A DNA stretch of 64,000 nucleotides from contig NC_087437.1 in NCBI RefSeq assembly GCF_036321535.1, forward strand, positions 8,060,001 through 8,124,000. Reading direction: 5' to 3'. Below, in pieces: positions 1 through 13,094 of this stretch (its first letter is position 1; each line of letters starts with the position of its first letter). The translations under genes were made by a program, and so were the position numbers. This DNA comes from Camelus dromedarius (taxonomy: Eukaryota). A model generated the notes under the pieces. The model saw nothing but the letters and a program-made list of their open reading frames with translations. It was not told where the DNA came from and ran no database searches.

Positions 1-172
1 GCTTTTCCTCTTAGTCAGTAGTTAATTGGGCAGGCTGACTTATCATATCAGGTTTTATTTGCGTTGTTATTTCTTGCATCCCAGGTGAAAGACACCTGGA
101 ACATAGAGTAGAGACGTTAAGATGGTGGCTGGGAGGACACTGACTGATCTATGCATTAAGAAAGTCATTCTT

Positions 173-276
173 TTTTTAATAGTTAGATTTTTTTATTGAA
201 GTACAGTCAGTGCAATGTATCAATTTCTGTTGTACAGCACAATGCTTTAGTCATACATACACATACATATATTCCC
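173..276 (-). mobile_element. Very short 5'-truncated L1 3' tail with target-site duplication
   Basis: ttttattgaagtacagtcagtt... is the reverse L1 terminus. Flanked by aagaaagtcattctt (158-172) and aagaaaatcattctt (277-291). Confidence 0.85.
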
Positions 277-750
277 AAGAAAATCATTCTTGGTGTAAGG
301 GTTTGTGGATAGAAGAACCTTCCATCAGAGGTGCAAGATACTATAGTAGACAATGAAATGTGATGCTCAGAAAAGGACTTTCAGGAGAGAACTTACTCCC
401 CAGCTGTGAAGAGAGTCGTTGGCTAATAGCCTTGCCAACAGGATGTGTACTCAAACTTCCTGAAATTTGTCAGTGATAGGTGACAATAACAGTAGTTTCA
501 ATATGTGTTTCCTGACCATGAACAAGATAGAACATTTTTTCGTATGCTTATTTTCAAGTGTTTACAAATTATTTCATTTCTATAAGTTGTGTCTTCATAT
601 CCTTTGACTGTTCTTCAGTTGGGCTGATAGTCTTAATATTGATTTGTAGAAATTCTTTGAAATTGATTTGTATATTAGGGAAGTTGACTTTTTATCTACA
701 ATGTTAGCTGCCCTTCATTTTCCTTGTCTTTTGAATTTGTTTATGGTGGC

Positions 751-1344
751 TGTGTTGTGAGAGCTGATTTCTGCAGGTCTGGAATTAGCCTGAGCTGTTT
801 GGCTGAAGTACCTGCACAGCACTGACCCCTGGTCAAGGTATCAAATGAACTGATTAATAGTGTTGCTTTGTAACCACGGGTTTTAGGTGAGTTTTGTCAT
901 AGTAGTTTATACAAGCTTGTTAGCATTGTTGATTGACAGCAGTGAGAACGATGATTTGTACCCAGCCTCACTGAGACCCCCTGAGGAGCTCTCACATAGG
1001 AGCCAGTTACATGGAGGGAATGTGCCTAAGTGACCAGCAAGGTGAAAAAGCCCCATCTGAGACTCCGTTGGGGGTTCCCTGGTTCTGAGATACTTTGTGC
1101 ACAGGTCCGTGGTTCCTGATCTGAGAGATGAAGGGCATCCTGGGCGAGCCCTCCAGACAAGGTACGGTTGGAGTTGGCACCTGGCCTCTCCAGGCTGCCG
1201 TTAGCTGTGGTGCGTATCCGTATATTACTGTGGTTGCTATATTATATCATTTTCCTGTAATAAACTGTAGATTTTAAAGCACTGACATTTGAGGTCCTAT
1301 GAGTCTTCTTTAACAGTCAGATCCTGTCACCATCAATCAGTGCA
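751..1344 (+). mobile_element. Solo LTR, ERVL class (MER21/MER68/MER77-like), inserted in an old L1M fragment
   Basis: TG...CA termini, AATAAA near the 3' end (~1259), LTR-like body; flanks read as one interrupted minus-strand L1M. Subfamily from recall. Confidence 0.6.
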
Positions 1345-3067
1345 GTGATTTTGGTATTAAAAATTTCATTTCATCTTTATATAGTCAAAACTGTCAGTCT
1401 GCTTTCTAGCTTTGGGATTTGTTGTGCTATTATTTTTATCTAAACTAATTTTTTCATCTGATATTTGATCTATTTTACCTTTGTTCTTGGCTTAAAATTG
1501 CTTCAGTTGTTGTGGAATTTTGAGTCTCAGACTTGTTGAGTGGGAGCTTTTGCCTTCTTTCTCTCTCTCCTCTCCATCCCAGGTGGACTTATATTGATGA
1601 TTCAAATTCCTTACCCCAGAGTGATTTGGGAAGTATAGTAAATTGAGTTCAGTCACTGAGCCAGTAGGAGGCTTGCCCCATTGATACTGGTGAGGCTGAA
1701 TCCCAACTCCGCAGGCTCAAAAATTTCTATTAGTCATAGGTTCACAAGAACTTTTTTCTGACTCATTTCCAGAGCCCAGGACATTGAAAGTGAGTCCCAT
1801 ACAGTCTCAATATACATGTTACCCAAAGCCCAACAAATCTATATTTTGAACCTCAGTCAACTTTTGATTTTCTGACCATAGAGAGATGTTCTTCTAGATT
1901 TTTGACCCAACCTCTGTCTTTTACATCTTGTCCATCATTCCAACATGTTTGGAGCAAAACTTACAACTCTTATCTTGACCAGAAATGTGTGGTGGTATGC
2001 AAATATTTTTCCTATATTTCTCCACCTATATGCTGGAAGCAATAAAATGTTATATTATTAAACAAAATGTACATTTCATATACATATTTTACTATCTGTA
2101 ACTATGCTCCCAAGAAGAACTCTCTTCTAAAACCATGATCAGGAGAACAAAGAATAGCTCTCAGGAGAGTTTGATAAATATCCTCTAATCACTCTCAATC
2201 AGGACTCCAGCCAGAATTTCTGACACTGCTGTATATTTTAATAATCCCAGCTACTCACTGAGCAATCTTTCCATGTAACAATAGATCACTGACACATCAT
2301 TCTAACTAAAGTTCTGAGTGTGATGTTTTGATTAAAACCTAAGTTGCTAAGCATTGTACAATGAAAAATCAGGCTTCTATAATTATGAGTTTAAGTAGCT
2401 GAAAGCATCTGAAAGAACAGCCTCTGATCTCTTCTTTCATTGATACAGGCAAGAGGATTAAAGCTGAAAGACCATCTAGAGATCTGAGGTCTGAAAGAAT
2501 GCACAGACAAAGCACACTGTGAGGAGACTTTATGATCCAGCTGAGATCCAGTTTAAGAGTATTAGAAAGCAAAGTCATTAGCCCCTAGAGAAGGTTCTGA
2601 GCCTCGGCTAAATCTCTACAGAACTATTGTTCTCCAATAGTAATGAAGTGGAGAGCACTGTGTCCACCAGATTTCTTTTTCAGGGACAGCACTACCTTTG
2701 GAAATCATCCCTCCACAAGCCTGCCTGGGGTGGATGTTGAGACCTGTAGGGAACCTCCAGGTGTGTGGAAGCGACCTGGAGGAAACTGTTAGCCAAATAA
2801 CTGAGGGGAGAGCGGCAGAAAGAAGAAGAGGGAAAAGGGGTTATAGCAAGGAAGAGGATAAGATGTGCAGTGTGCCTATGATGCCGTCCTGTGTCCCTTC
2901 CCCCAAATTCAGTAAAGATCCTCAAAACGTATAAAAAGATTTGATGCAGATGATTTTTTCCAGTGGAAACAATGAAGGGATGGTCCTGTACATTCAAAGT
3001 GTCCTGGAACAATCTGGAAATAGCCCACACAGACAAGAGAGTGCAGAAGCAGAGAGAAACACTCATC

Positions 3068-3375
3068 CCAGAGTCAGCAAATATTTACTGTTAAGAGCCA
3101 CACAGTAAATACAGTAAATATCTTAGACCTTGTACGTCACACAATCTCTGTCACAACTGCTCAATTCTGCCGTTGTTGCATCAAAGCAACTGTGGGACAA
3201 TGTATGAAGAAGATATTTTGAAATTGGAAATTTCATGTAATTTTTCATGAGTCACAAAATATTACTCTTTTTTTAATTTTGTGGGCAACAATTTAAAAAT
3301 GTAAAAGCCATATTGAATTTGTGAACCATATAAAAACATAGAATTTGGCCCTTGAGCTATAGTTTGCCACCCTCT
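3068..3375 (+). mobile_element. hAT-Charlie MITE, MER58B-like
   Basis: cagagtcagcaaatattt...tctgtcacaactgctcaattctgccgttg...tagtttgccaccctctg, with imperfect terminal inverted repeats. Confidence 0.75.
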
Positions 3376-4079
3376 GGCCTGAGATATAAGGTGTAAGAAG
3401 GCAGTTAAGTCATGGGAAAACCTGCAGGCTATCCAGGGAGTAGAAATCATGCTAGTCTATAAAGGAAGGTTGTACCTGCAGCCATGTAGGTAAGTTCTAT
3501 CAAAACTCCAGGCAGCTCTGTCATAAAGTCGTGGTGGACTCTAAGGAACTTCTTAGTTACCTTAGCAGACCCTCCCTCCTGGCGTCTGCACCCCTCTTTC
3601 TAGGCCAGATTTGAGAAACCCTCTTGTGTATTATTTAAGCAGAACAAGTGTTTTTGGACTAGGAGGGACAAGGAGAAAATTTCATGGGGAGTAGAATGAA
3701 GGAGTGACCAGATGACACAAATTTGGTTTGGGGGAACTCAGGACATAGTTAGATACCAGGCATAGACTTTCAAAGACTTGAGTTCATTGTATAATTAAAT
3801 TTGTATCATGGAACCTTGGAGATGAAGGCCCTTCTTTCTCTAACTCCTCTGAGCCACACATCTGCTAAACGAGGAGGTAAGTGAAGAATCAAGCAGTTCA
3901 AGCTCCCATAGGGCTTACAGGCGATGGTGTGGAAGTTTCCGAGGAGGGAAAGAAATTCCATGTGTACCTGAGTCACTCCAAAAAAGTATTCAAAAACTGA
4001 AAGCTGCATGTTAAACTTAGATTAATAAAAAAAGGGAGCATGTAGGGAGAGAAAATATGGGATGAGGGCAGGCAGATTT

Positions 4080-6735
4080 CAAACGCATTTTAACAGCCCT
4101 ATATTTTTACTCTCCTCCTTCCCTCAATTACTGTTTTTGACATCATATTTTGAATCCTTTTGTTTTGTGAATCCCTTAACTACCTATTGTGGATATAGAT
4201 GATTTTTCTGCTTTTGTCTTTGAACCTTCCTACTAGCTTTGTACGTGGTTGATTTTACTACCTTTACTGTATATTTGCCTTTACCAATGGGCTTTTCCTT
4301 TTGTAATTTTCGTGTTTCTAGATGTGGCTTTTCCTTTTTCACTTAGAAAAGTCCCTTTAACATTTCTTGCAAAGCTGGTTTGGTGGTCCTGAATTCTTTT
4401 AGCTTTTGCTTGTCTGTAAAACTTTTGCTCTCTCCATCAAACATGAATGAAAGCTTGCCAGGTAGAGAGTACTCTTGGTTGTAGATTCTTTCCTTTCATC
4501 ACCTTCAATATATGGTTGTCACTCCCTTCTGGCCTGCAGAGCTACTGCTGAAAAGCCAGCTGATAGCCTTACGGGAGTTTCCTAGTAGGTAACTTTTGCT
4601 TTTCTCTTGCTGCTTTTAATATTCTCTCTTAATTTTTGCCACTTCAATTACAGTGTGTTTTGATGTGTTCCTCTTTGGGTTGATGTTTGGGACTCTCTGT
4701 GCTTTCTGCACATGGATGTCTGTTTCCTTTCCCAGGTTAGGGAAGTTTTCAGCTATCATGTCTTCAAATATGTTCTCTGCCCCTTTCTTTCTCTCTTCTC
4801 CTTCTGGGACCCCTTTAATGTGAATGTTAATACACTTGATGTTGTCCCAGAGGTCTCTTAAACTGTCTTCGTTGCTTTTTATCCTGTGTTCTGTTCAGTG
4901 ATTTCTGCTACTCTATCTTCCAGCTTGCTGATTCATTCCTCTGTATCATTTAAGCTACTGTAGATTCCTTCTAGTGTATTTTTCATGTCATTTATTGTAT
5001 TCTTCAGCTCTGTTTGGTTCTTGTTTATATCTCCTAATTCTTTGTCACACTTCTCACTTCGTTCATCTTTGCTTCCTTCAAGTTCTTTGATCATCTTGAT
5101 GATCATTATCTTGAACTGTTTGTCAGGTAGATTACCTATTTCCACTTCACTTAGTTCTTCTGTGGTTTCATCTTATTCCTTCATTTGGAACATGTTTGTC
5201 ACTTCATTTTGCCTAACTTGCTGTTTTTATTTCTATGTATCTGATAGGTTGGTTTTATTTCCCAACCTTGGAGAAGTGGCTTTTGTAGAAGATGTCCTAT
5301 GCATTCCAGAAGCTCGCTCCTCCAGTCACCAGGGATATATGCTCTAGGGGTGCCCCCTGTGTGGGCTGCATATGTCCTTCTATTGTGCTGGGCTGGCTAC
5401 TGTGAGTGGTCTGCTAGGTGTGGCTGGCCCCCAGTCCAGTTGGTTGCCAAGCCCTGCCTTGTGTGGAGGCTGTTGGTCGCTGGTTGGTGAGGCTGGGTCA
5501 CAAGGCAGCTGGCAGTGTAACTCCAGGTGGTCCTGGCACTAGTGCTGGCTCAACAGCGGGCAGGCCCGGCTTCTGGGTTAGGTGGTTGTGTGGCCAGTGT
5601 CCCAGGTAACCTAGAGTTGGTGTTGGCCTGCTGGCTGGGGCCAGACCTGGGGGTCCTGGAGCTGTTGTCCACCTGCTGGTGGGCAGAGCTGGGTCCTGGG
5701 GTTTCTGGCTACAGGGCCCTGGGAGTCTGAAGCTGGTGTCAGCCTGCTGGGGGGTGGGGCTAGGGCCTATCGAGTCCTGGGTGGGATTTCCCACTGGTAG
5801 GTAAGGTTGCCTCCAGGCCTACAGCCAGTTTGCTAGTGAGTGGTGCCAAGGCCGAGGGAGTTATGGGGCTGGTGCCTGCCCACTGGTGGGTGAAGTTGGG
5901 TCCCTAGGTCTCTGGCTACAAGGTCCTGGGGGTCCTGGGCCTAGTGCCCGCGCACTGATTTGTGGGCTGGCTGTGGGCTCAAGTGGGCTTAGGCAGCCTG
6001 CCTGCTGGTGGGTGGGGCTGTTTCCCTGCCCAGCTAGTCGCTTGGCCTGAGATGTCCCAATAGTGGTGCCTACAGGCTGGTGGGCAGGGTGGGCCTGGGT
6101 CCTGAGGCTAATAAGCTAGAGGGGGGGATTCCAAAATGGGATTTGCCAGCACCAGTGTCCATGTGGTAGAATAACCTCCCCAGATTGGCTGCTGCCAGTG
6201 TCTGTGTTCCCAGTATGAGCTCCAGTTTCCTCTTCAGGAGACTCTCCAAGGTCAGCTGGTGGGCCTGACCCAGGCTCCTTTCAGATTGCTGCTTCTGCTC
6301 TGTTTCCTGTGTGAGATTTTGTGTGCGCCCTTTAAGACAGGAGTCGCTGTTCCCCACAACTGTCTGGGTTTCCTGATAATAAGCCCCACTGGCCTTAAAA
6401 GCCAAATGTTCTGGGGGCTCATCCTTCTGCTGCAGGACCTCCAGGCTGGGGAGCCCGACGTGGGGCTCAGACTCCTTGCTCTTTGGGGAGAGCCTCTAAC
6501 TGTAATTATTTTCCCGTTTGTGAATCGCCCACCCGGGGCTTTACTGTACCGCAACTCTGCCCTCCTACCTGTCTCGTGTCGTTCCATCTTTATATCTGTT
6601 GTTGTAGAGGAACTTTTCTGGTAGATTTTGGTTTTTCTCATCAATAATTGCTCTGTAAATAGTTGTAGTATTGGTGTGTCCGTGAGAAGTTGTAAGCTCA
6701 AGGTCTTCCTACTCCACCATCTTGTCCTGCCCCTC
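4080..6735 (-). mobile_element. L1 5' half: GC-rich 5'UTR (~6735-5215), decayed ORF1 (~5210-4343), part of the inter-ORF spacer; ORF2 and 3' end absent
   Basis: ORF 4933..5145 (EIGNLPDKQFKIMIIKMIKEL...ELKNTINDMKNTLEGI) is the L1 ORF1 coiled coil. ORF1 ends EMLKGLF* at 4343. 5' start reads caggacaagatggtggagtaggaagac. Confidence 0.9.
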
Positions 6736-7047
6736 AAGAGAAGATCTTTAAGAATTGCAGCAGCGAAACTCCTCCATCAAAGTATATTGTTTTCAGATCA
6801 TCTAGAAAGTTCTAAAAGGGCACTGCTATGGGGAGTCCTGAGTGATATAAGACTTGAGCATTTAGCTCCCCAACAGCTGACTGGTCCTTATCCTTCTTCT
6901 TACAAAGAATTTTGGCTTTACCCCCACCATTAAAACAGGGCTCAGCACTCCACAAAAAATAGTTAAGAAATTGGATTTTACTGAAAAGCTGTAAAGGGAG
7001 AAGGAAAGATTTTAATTACTTACATACTTATATAATTCTCATGGAAA

Positions 7048-7400
7048 TGGACTATACTCCATATAAAGTTATAAAATATTGGCTATATTTCCTGTGCTGT
7101 ATATTATATCCTAGTAACTTATTTATTTTATACCTAGTAGTTTATATTTCATAATCCTCTTCACCTATCTTGCCCCTTCCTCCACCACTCTTCCCTGTGG
7201 TAACCACGAGTTTGTTCTCTGTATCTGTGAATCTGTTTCTGTTTAGTTATATTCATTTACTTCTTTTTTTTAGATTCTACATTAAGTGAAAACATAGTAT
7301 TTTTCTTTCTCTCTCTGACTTATTTCACTAAGCATCAATCACTACGTTGTACACCTGAAACTAATACAATAAGACAACAGTACTTCAATTTTTTAAAAAT
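7048..7400. mobile_element. L1 3'UTR fragment with 5' inversion (7048-7335 minus, 7336-7400 plus)
   Basis: Both parts match adjacent pieces of the un-inverted L1 3' end at ~14440-14807. Confidence 0.8.
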
Positions 7401-7694
7401 CTAAGTTTAAAATAAATCAACCAGTTAAAAATATTTTTTAAAAAAGCAAACAATGCACTAAAATAATCTAAATTCTTCCTAGACAAAAAGGCCTAGAAAT
7501 GCTACATAAAATATAACCATCTCTGAGCTGGGTTTTGTTTTTGTCCTTTTTTTGTAAGTTCACAGGAAAAAGAAGGAAATCTCCAGATGCTAGAAAGGAA
7601 AAGGAAGCTAAATACTAGAGTAATAAGGGCTTGCTCTGATACTAGACTTCCCTGGAGGGTAGATGTGGATCTTAGTAATAGGATTGTTTTGGGT

Positions 7695-8632
7695 TTTTTT
7701 TTAATCAACTTTATCAATTGATGATTTACATACAATAAAATGCACCTATTTTAAGTGTACAGTTCAATGAGTTGTGACAAGTTATACACATATGCACACT
7801 TGTAACTGTCACGATAATCAAAACATAGAACATTTTCGTCACCCCCAAAAGTTTCCTTGTGCCCATTTTAAGTCAAGCCTGCTGAAACCCCAGCCCCAAA
7901 TAACTTGCTTTCTGCCACTACAGTAGATGAGGCTTCCTTGTTTTAGAATTTGATGTAAATGGAACAATACACTATGCAGCTGGGGATAAAACTTCTTTCT
8001 TCATAATGCTTTTGTGACTCATCCATGTTGTTGCATATGTGAGTAGTCCATTCCTTTTCCTAGGGGAGTAGTAGTCCATTATATGCATGTACTGCAGGTT
8101 GTTTTACGCATTCACTTGTTGATGAACGTTGAGTTTTCTCCAGTTTGGGGCTAATATGCGTACAAGTCTTTGTTTGGACATATATTTTCTCTTCAATAAA
8201 TAACTAGAAGTAGAATTGGTGGCTCATATGTTTAACATTATAAGAAGCTATCAAACTGTTTTCCAAGAAAGTTGTACCATTTTTTACTCCCCGAAAGCAA
8301 TGTATGAGTGCTCTACATCCTCTCCAACACTTACTACTGATAGTCTTTTCATTTTACTCATTCTAGTAGGCATGCAAATCAAATCTTACTGTGACTTTAC
8401 TTTGTATTTTCGTGCTGACTCATGATGTTTAGCACCTTTCATGTGCTCATTGGCATTCAGATGTCTTCTTCGTAAGGTGTCTATACTAATCTTTTACACA
8501 GTTTTATTGAATTGTTTAGCTTCTTACTGTCGAGTTCTAGAATTTATTACATATTCTGGATAGAAGTACTCTGTGAGATATGTGATATTGTTAATATTTT
8601 CTCCCAGACTGTGGTTTGTATCTTCATTTTTG
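7695..8632 (-). mobile_element. Old L1 (L1MB-like) 3' end
   Basis: tttacatacaataaaatgcacctattttaagtgtacagttcaatgag... followed by decayed ORF2 C-terminal sequence. Confidence 0.8.
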
Positions 8633-8829
8633 TCACCTCAAACTGTGAGAGCAGGTTAAACTAAAAGGAGCTACTGCAATCATCTGATGTCCCATGGGGC
8701 TCCATGATGTTTGTAAAGTCTCAGAGTCAACTGAGATATTCTATCTGTGGAGCAGTAAATCTGAGATAGTCTAATTAAAGTCCTATAAAAATCTAGGTAA
8801 CTGGGCTTCATCAGATATCTGATTTTCTA

Positions 8830-9025
8830 GTACAGTGCTACCCAAGCTGAAATGTATGGAAGATCAACTGGAGATGTGGTTAGCAGACAGATGCTGATTG
8901 AGCAGGTCTGAAATAGAGGTTCAGCTTTTAAGTTTCTAACAAGCTCCAAGATGATGCTGGTGCTGCTGGTCCAGAGGCCACCCCTTAAGTCACAAGGCTC
9001 CAGTGGGGCCAGAACAGTTTGAAAA
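8830..9025. mobile_element. MER5-like hAT MITE
   Basis: cagtgctacccaag...caactggagatgtggttagcagacagatgctg...tttctaacaagctccaagatgatgctg. Confidence 0.6.
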
Positions 9026-9914
9026 ACAAAAGTAAACAAGCATCCATTCCCCTATGTATAACAAAATGCTCCAGGACCAACCATGAAATGGTTGAGTCTG
9101 TCCTGTCAACAGCACTATCAGCATGCCCTCCAAACACCCCTAGCCCACATCATGGCACAGCATGGACTTGGCTTAAAAAGTCTCATCTGAAGCTGGTGCA
9201 GAAGGTGAAGCAGGGGAGAGGAGAGGGATGAGAAGGGGCCGATGGAACAAAATCTTCTATTCACGTTGATTGGCAGTTTACCGAAATAGCTAACTTTTCA
9301 TATATTCTGTCTACAAGCTAATATTAACAACAATGATAATTTGTCCAAATTAGGACAAAATATGAATCCCACTTTCGTTACACCAGGGGGCCCAAAAGGG
9401 CTCTATTCCATCAACTCACATTTAAGAAGATTTAATACAACACTTGAAGAATAGAAAATAATCAGGCAAGAATGTTTGATAGCAGCCAGTGCCAAAAGGT
9501 TCATCTTCAGTGACCAACACTTGATAAATCTCTATTAAATAAACACATACCCTAGCCCAAATGGCTCAGAAAGTCATTTGTATCTGCCATCACTTTAACA
9601 CTTAGCAAAGCAAAACTTGTGTCTGTGCTTTGGAATCACAACCAACTGACTGGACACCTGGGCAACAGGCAAGTAATATATCTCTGATTGATTTCATAAA
9701 AAAAGAAATGGAAATTGTACTGTGTTATCTTCCCAAATTGGAATAGAGATTTTTCAGGATAAGCAAAACAAACTCTTCTCAGGATTAAAACGCATGCTAT
9801 TTCTGAAAGTAGCTTAGTCACATTAAGTCATTTATGAATAATAGATACCAAAGATTTTTCCAGAACCCACCCCAAAACTTCATTTTCTGTCCTGTCACTT
9901 CCAGCATTACCATT

Positions 9915-10375
9915 AGCAGCAGAGACAGCTAATTGCCTTACAAAATCCATTCTCCTGTTCTTCTGCAGTAATAGGGTTTAGGCAATAGTTACCCAATCCA
10001 CACTATATTGCCTGACCACCCTTGAAGCTAAGCGTAGCCTTGACCTGCTACCACTAATTCAGCATAAGCAAAAAGTAAAGCATTCACCTTACGCTTCACC
10101 CACATGTGAGGAAAGATTTCTTGCCCTAGGCATCCCCTCCTTTCCAGTCTACTGTGCCTGAGATTCAGCTTGACCCTGCAGGTGAAGACAAAGCCCCAGG
10201 ATGTGGACGAACCCACAAGATAAAAACACATGTGGATCCTTGAATGACTGTGAGGAACTGAGCTGTCCTCACCTGGATGCTGACCATGAATCTCTTATGT
10301 GAAACTTAAATAAACCACAGTCTTTAAACCATCATAATGTAGCCCCGCTGTGTTCTAACAGCTTCACCTGTATGT
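9915..10375 (+). mobile_element. MaLR LTR (MLT1J-like)
   Basis: aaatccattctcctgttctt...cccttgaagctaagcgtagcc...tcttatgtgaaacttaaataaacc, typical MLT1 motifs. Confidence 0.55.
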
Positions 10376-12727
10376 TATCTATTGCCGTAGCCTTCTGAAG
10401 AAGCTGTCAAAAACTGAGTCTTACTTAATTAATCTGATAAAGCAATTTCAAACCTTCTTAGGAAAGCTATACCAACCACCCATTAGCATTGACTGTGTTT
10501 TTAATAATAAAAGAGATATATTTGTGGGCAAAACTTTTTAAAGGAGATTGGAGAATTTAGCCATTTTTATAACGGTTAAATCCTTGTGCTTTAAATAATA
10601 AGAGAAATATGTTTAAAGGCCAAACAACTACAAGAAATTGGAGAAGATAGCTTTGGTATCACTATGGATTATTTTTATTTCCTGTTATTCAGTAAATGAT
10701 ATGTGGTGTAAAGGGGGAAATTACTTGTGTAAATTATCAAAGCCAACTGTCTTTCCAAAATCAAAGTGAGCACTGATTCATCCTATCCCTGCGGATGTGC
10801 AGCTCATGCACTGGAGAACAGATCGTTGGCATATTCCATTAGGCAGGTTCTCCTAGCACTTTCTCCTCTTTCCATTGCCCCCTGGATTAACGGAACAGCA
10901 AGCACAGCTTTGTTATAAGATTCACCCCCATCTGAGCATTGGATCTAGCAGTTGCTGTGTATTCATTCATTTAGCACTAGGGATACAAAGATGGATATGG
11001 GTCTGCCACTACCCTCTAGGATCTCACAGCCCAGAGTGGGAGACAGACACCTAAAAGAGATTATTACAAACAAAATGGCAGAGGGGAGCAGGTGCTTCAA
11101 GAAAGGCCAAAAGGGTATCTCATCCATTTATGAAGGTCATGGGCTTTGTCTTCTTCCACCCTTGTACCCCAGTTACCTTTCAATATATACTTATCAAGCC
11201 AGAATTAATTTAGACAAAAGATGCATCTACAAGAATTCTGTGGCCTAAAATGAGTTGCTTCTCTAAGTCACATTTTCCTCATCAGTGAAAAGGGAAAATT
11301 AATCTTTACCTCATAAGATTGTTTTGAGGAGTACATGAAATAAAATGTATAAGTACCTGCAGATAGTAAGGACTTAATATATTAAGGTTCCTTTTCCTTC
11401 TCTTCCCCTTCCAACAATGACACCCTTCATATAGTTCAGTCTTGAAGCTAGAAACATTCATGTATATTAGATTTATTATCAATTTCCCCCACTTGCACTA
11501 ATTTCTATACTAAATACTCTGTCATGTATTTTCATGACAGCCTGTCAGTCTCTTGTGGATAATATGTTCTGATGGTTTATTACTTTCTATAAGGAACAGT
11601 ATTTCCATATAATGGCTCTAAATTTGCTTCCTCAAGTGTCAATGGAGTTACTCTATTTTTTAACACATGGTGATTTATTGCACAATTTCGTTCACATGAG
11701 CCAAACTATAATTTCATCAACTGAGTCCAGACACAAGGAAAACAATCTATCTTCAGCAAACAAAGATCAGAAAATCCCAACCCACCAGTCTGAAACTGCA
11801 GCATTACTCAGTCACCCACCTCAAGCCACGAGTGGAAGCAGATCCTGAGAGAAATTAGATCTTGTACTAAGCATGGGCGAGGATCAAATATGCATCACCT
11901 ACACATGCAGAACCTCCAGTCACAGAAACCAGTATGAAAACTGGTACAAAAATGGAGTTCCAGCAAATCCAAAAATGAACCGTTCTCATAGAAAAGCCTC
12001 CACTACTGAAAACACATATGCAGGAACCCCACCCCCATACACAAAAACACATACACACATACATAGAAGATAACTTCCTTTAAATAAAGAATTCACAGAA
12101 ATCATAAAATACAGAAGGTATTCATGTTATTGTAAAATTTAGGTGCCAAAAATACATAAGAGACTTCACCTTTTTGATATGAAAGAGTAGCTTGTGGGAA
12201 AGCAACTCTTCTTCCAAGAACAATTAGAAAAATTGAATACAGTACTGAAAAAACAATCTCTTTGAAATCTCAGAAAGCTACCAAGGTATGTAGATTTGAG
12301 AAACCAAGATCTCAGAAAGGTTAGGCCAACTAAGCCACGTTTACCTTGGAAGCATTTGCAAATTCTTTGCACAGCGTCAGAACCTGGGAAGAGAACTACA
12401 GAAGTCAAGCTTCTGACAAAGTTAGAAAAATTAGAACTTGGGTCTCCTAAGGCAGCTAATAATTGAGCACCCAGGTTCCTGAAGAGAAAAGAAATGGAGA
12501 GAAGTCTAACATGTAGTGGTATTCCACCCAAGGCATGTGTTGGATGCTTACACTGCATGGGGCAAAATCTAAGTTAGACATAAAGATGCTGCAAAGAAAG
12601 AAGAATTGGGGGCATTCTCAAGTGCTAAGGAGGCAAAAATAAGAATTCAAGACCAGAAAGGGCTCTAGGAAGTACCCTCACCTGGATTCAGTTGGGATCT
12701 GAAAATGGCTACACCCCAGGGACAGGG

Positions 12728-13094
12728 ACAAATCAAATATATGATATCATTTAAATATGGAATCTAAAAAATGATACAAAGAACTTATTTACAAACGGAA
12801 AGAGATTCACAGACATAGAAAACAAACCTATGGTTAGCAAAGGGGGAGGGATAAATTAGGAGTTTGGGATTGACAGATACACATTATATATAAAGTAGAT
12901 AAACAACAAGGTCCTATTGTACAGCACAGGGAACTATATTCAATATCTTGTAATAACCTATAATGGAAAAGAATCTGAAAAAGAATATATTTATATTTAT
13001 ATTTATATTTGTATTTATATTTCTGAATCACTGTGCTGTACACCAGAAACTAACACAACATGGTAAACCAACAATACTTCAGTTAAAAAAAAAA
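12728..13094 (+). mobile_element. 5'-truncated cetartiodactyl L1 3'UTR with A tail
   Basis: gatatcatttaaatatggaatctaaaaaatgatacaaa...gctgtacaccagaaactaacacaac...aaaaaaaaa; contains (TATATT)n at ~12988-13020. Confidence 0.88.
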
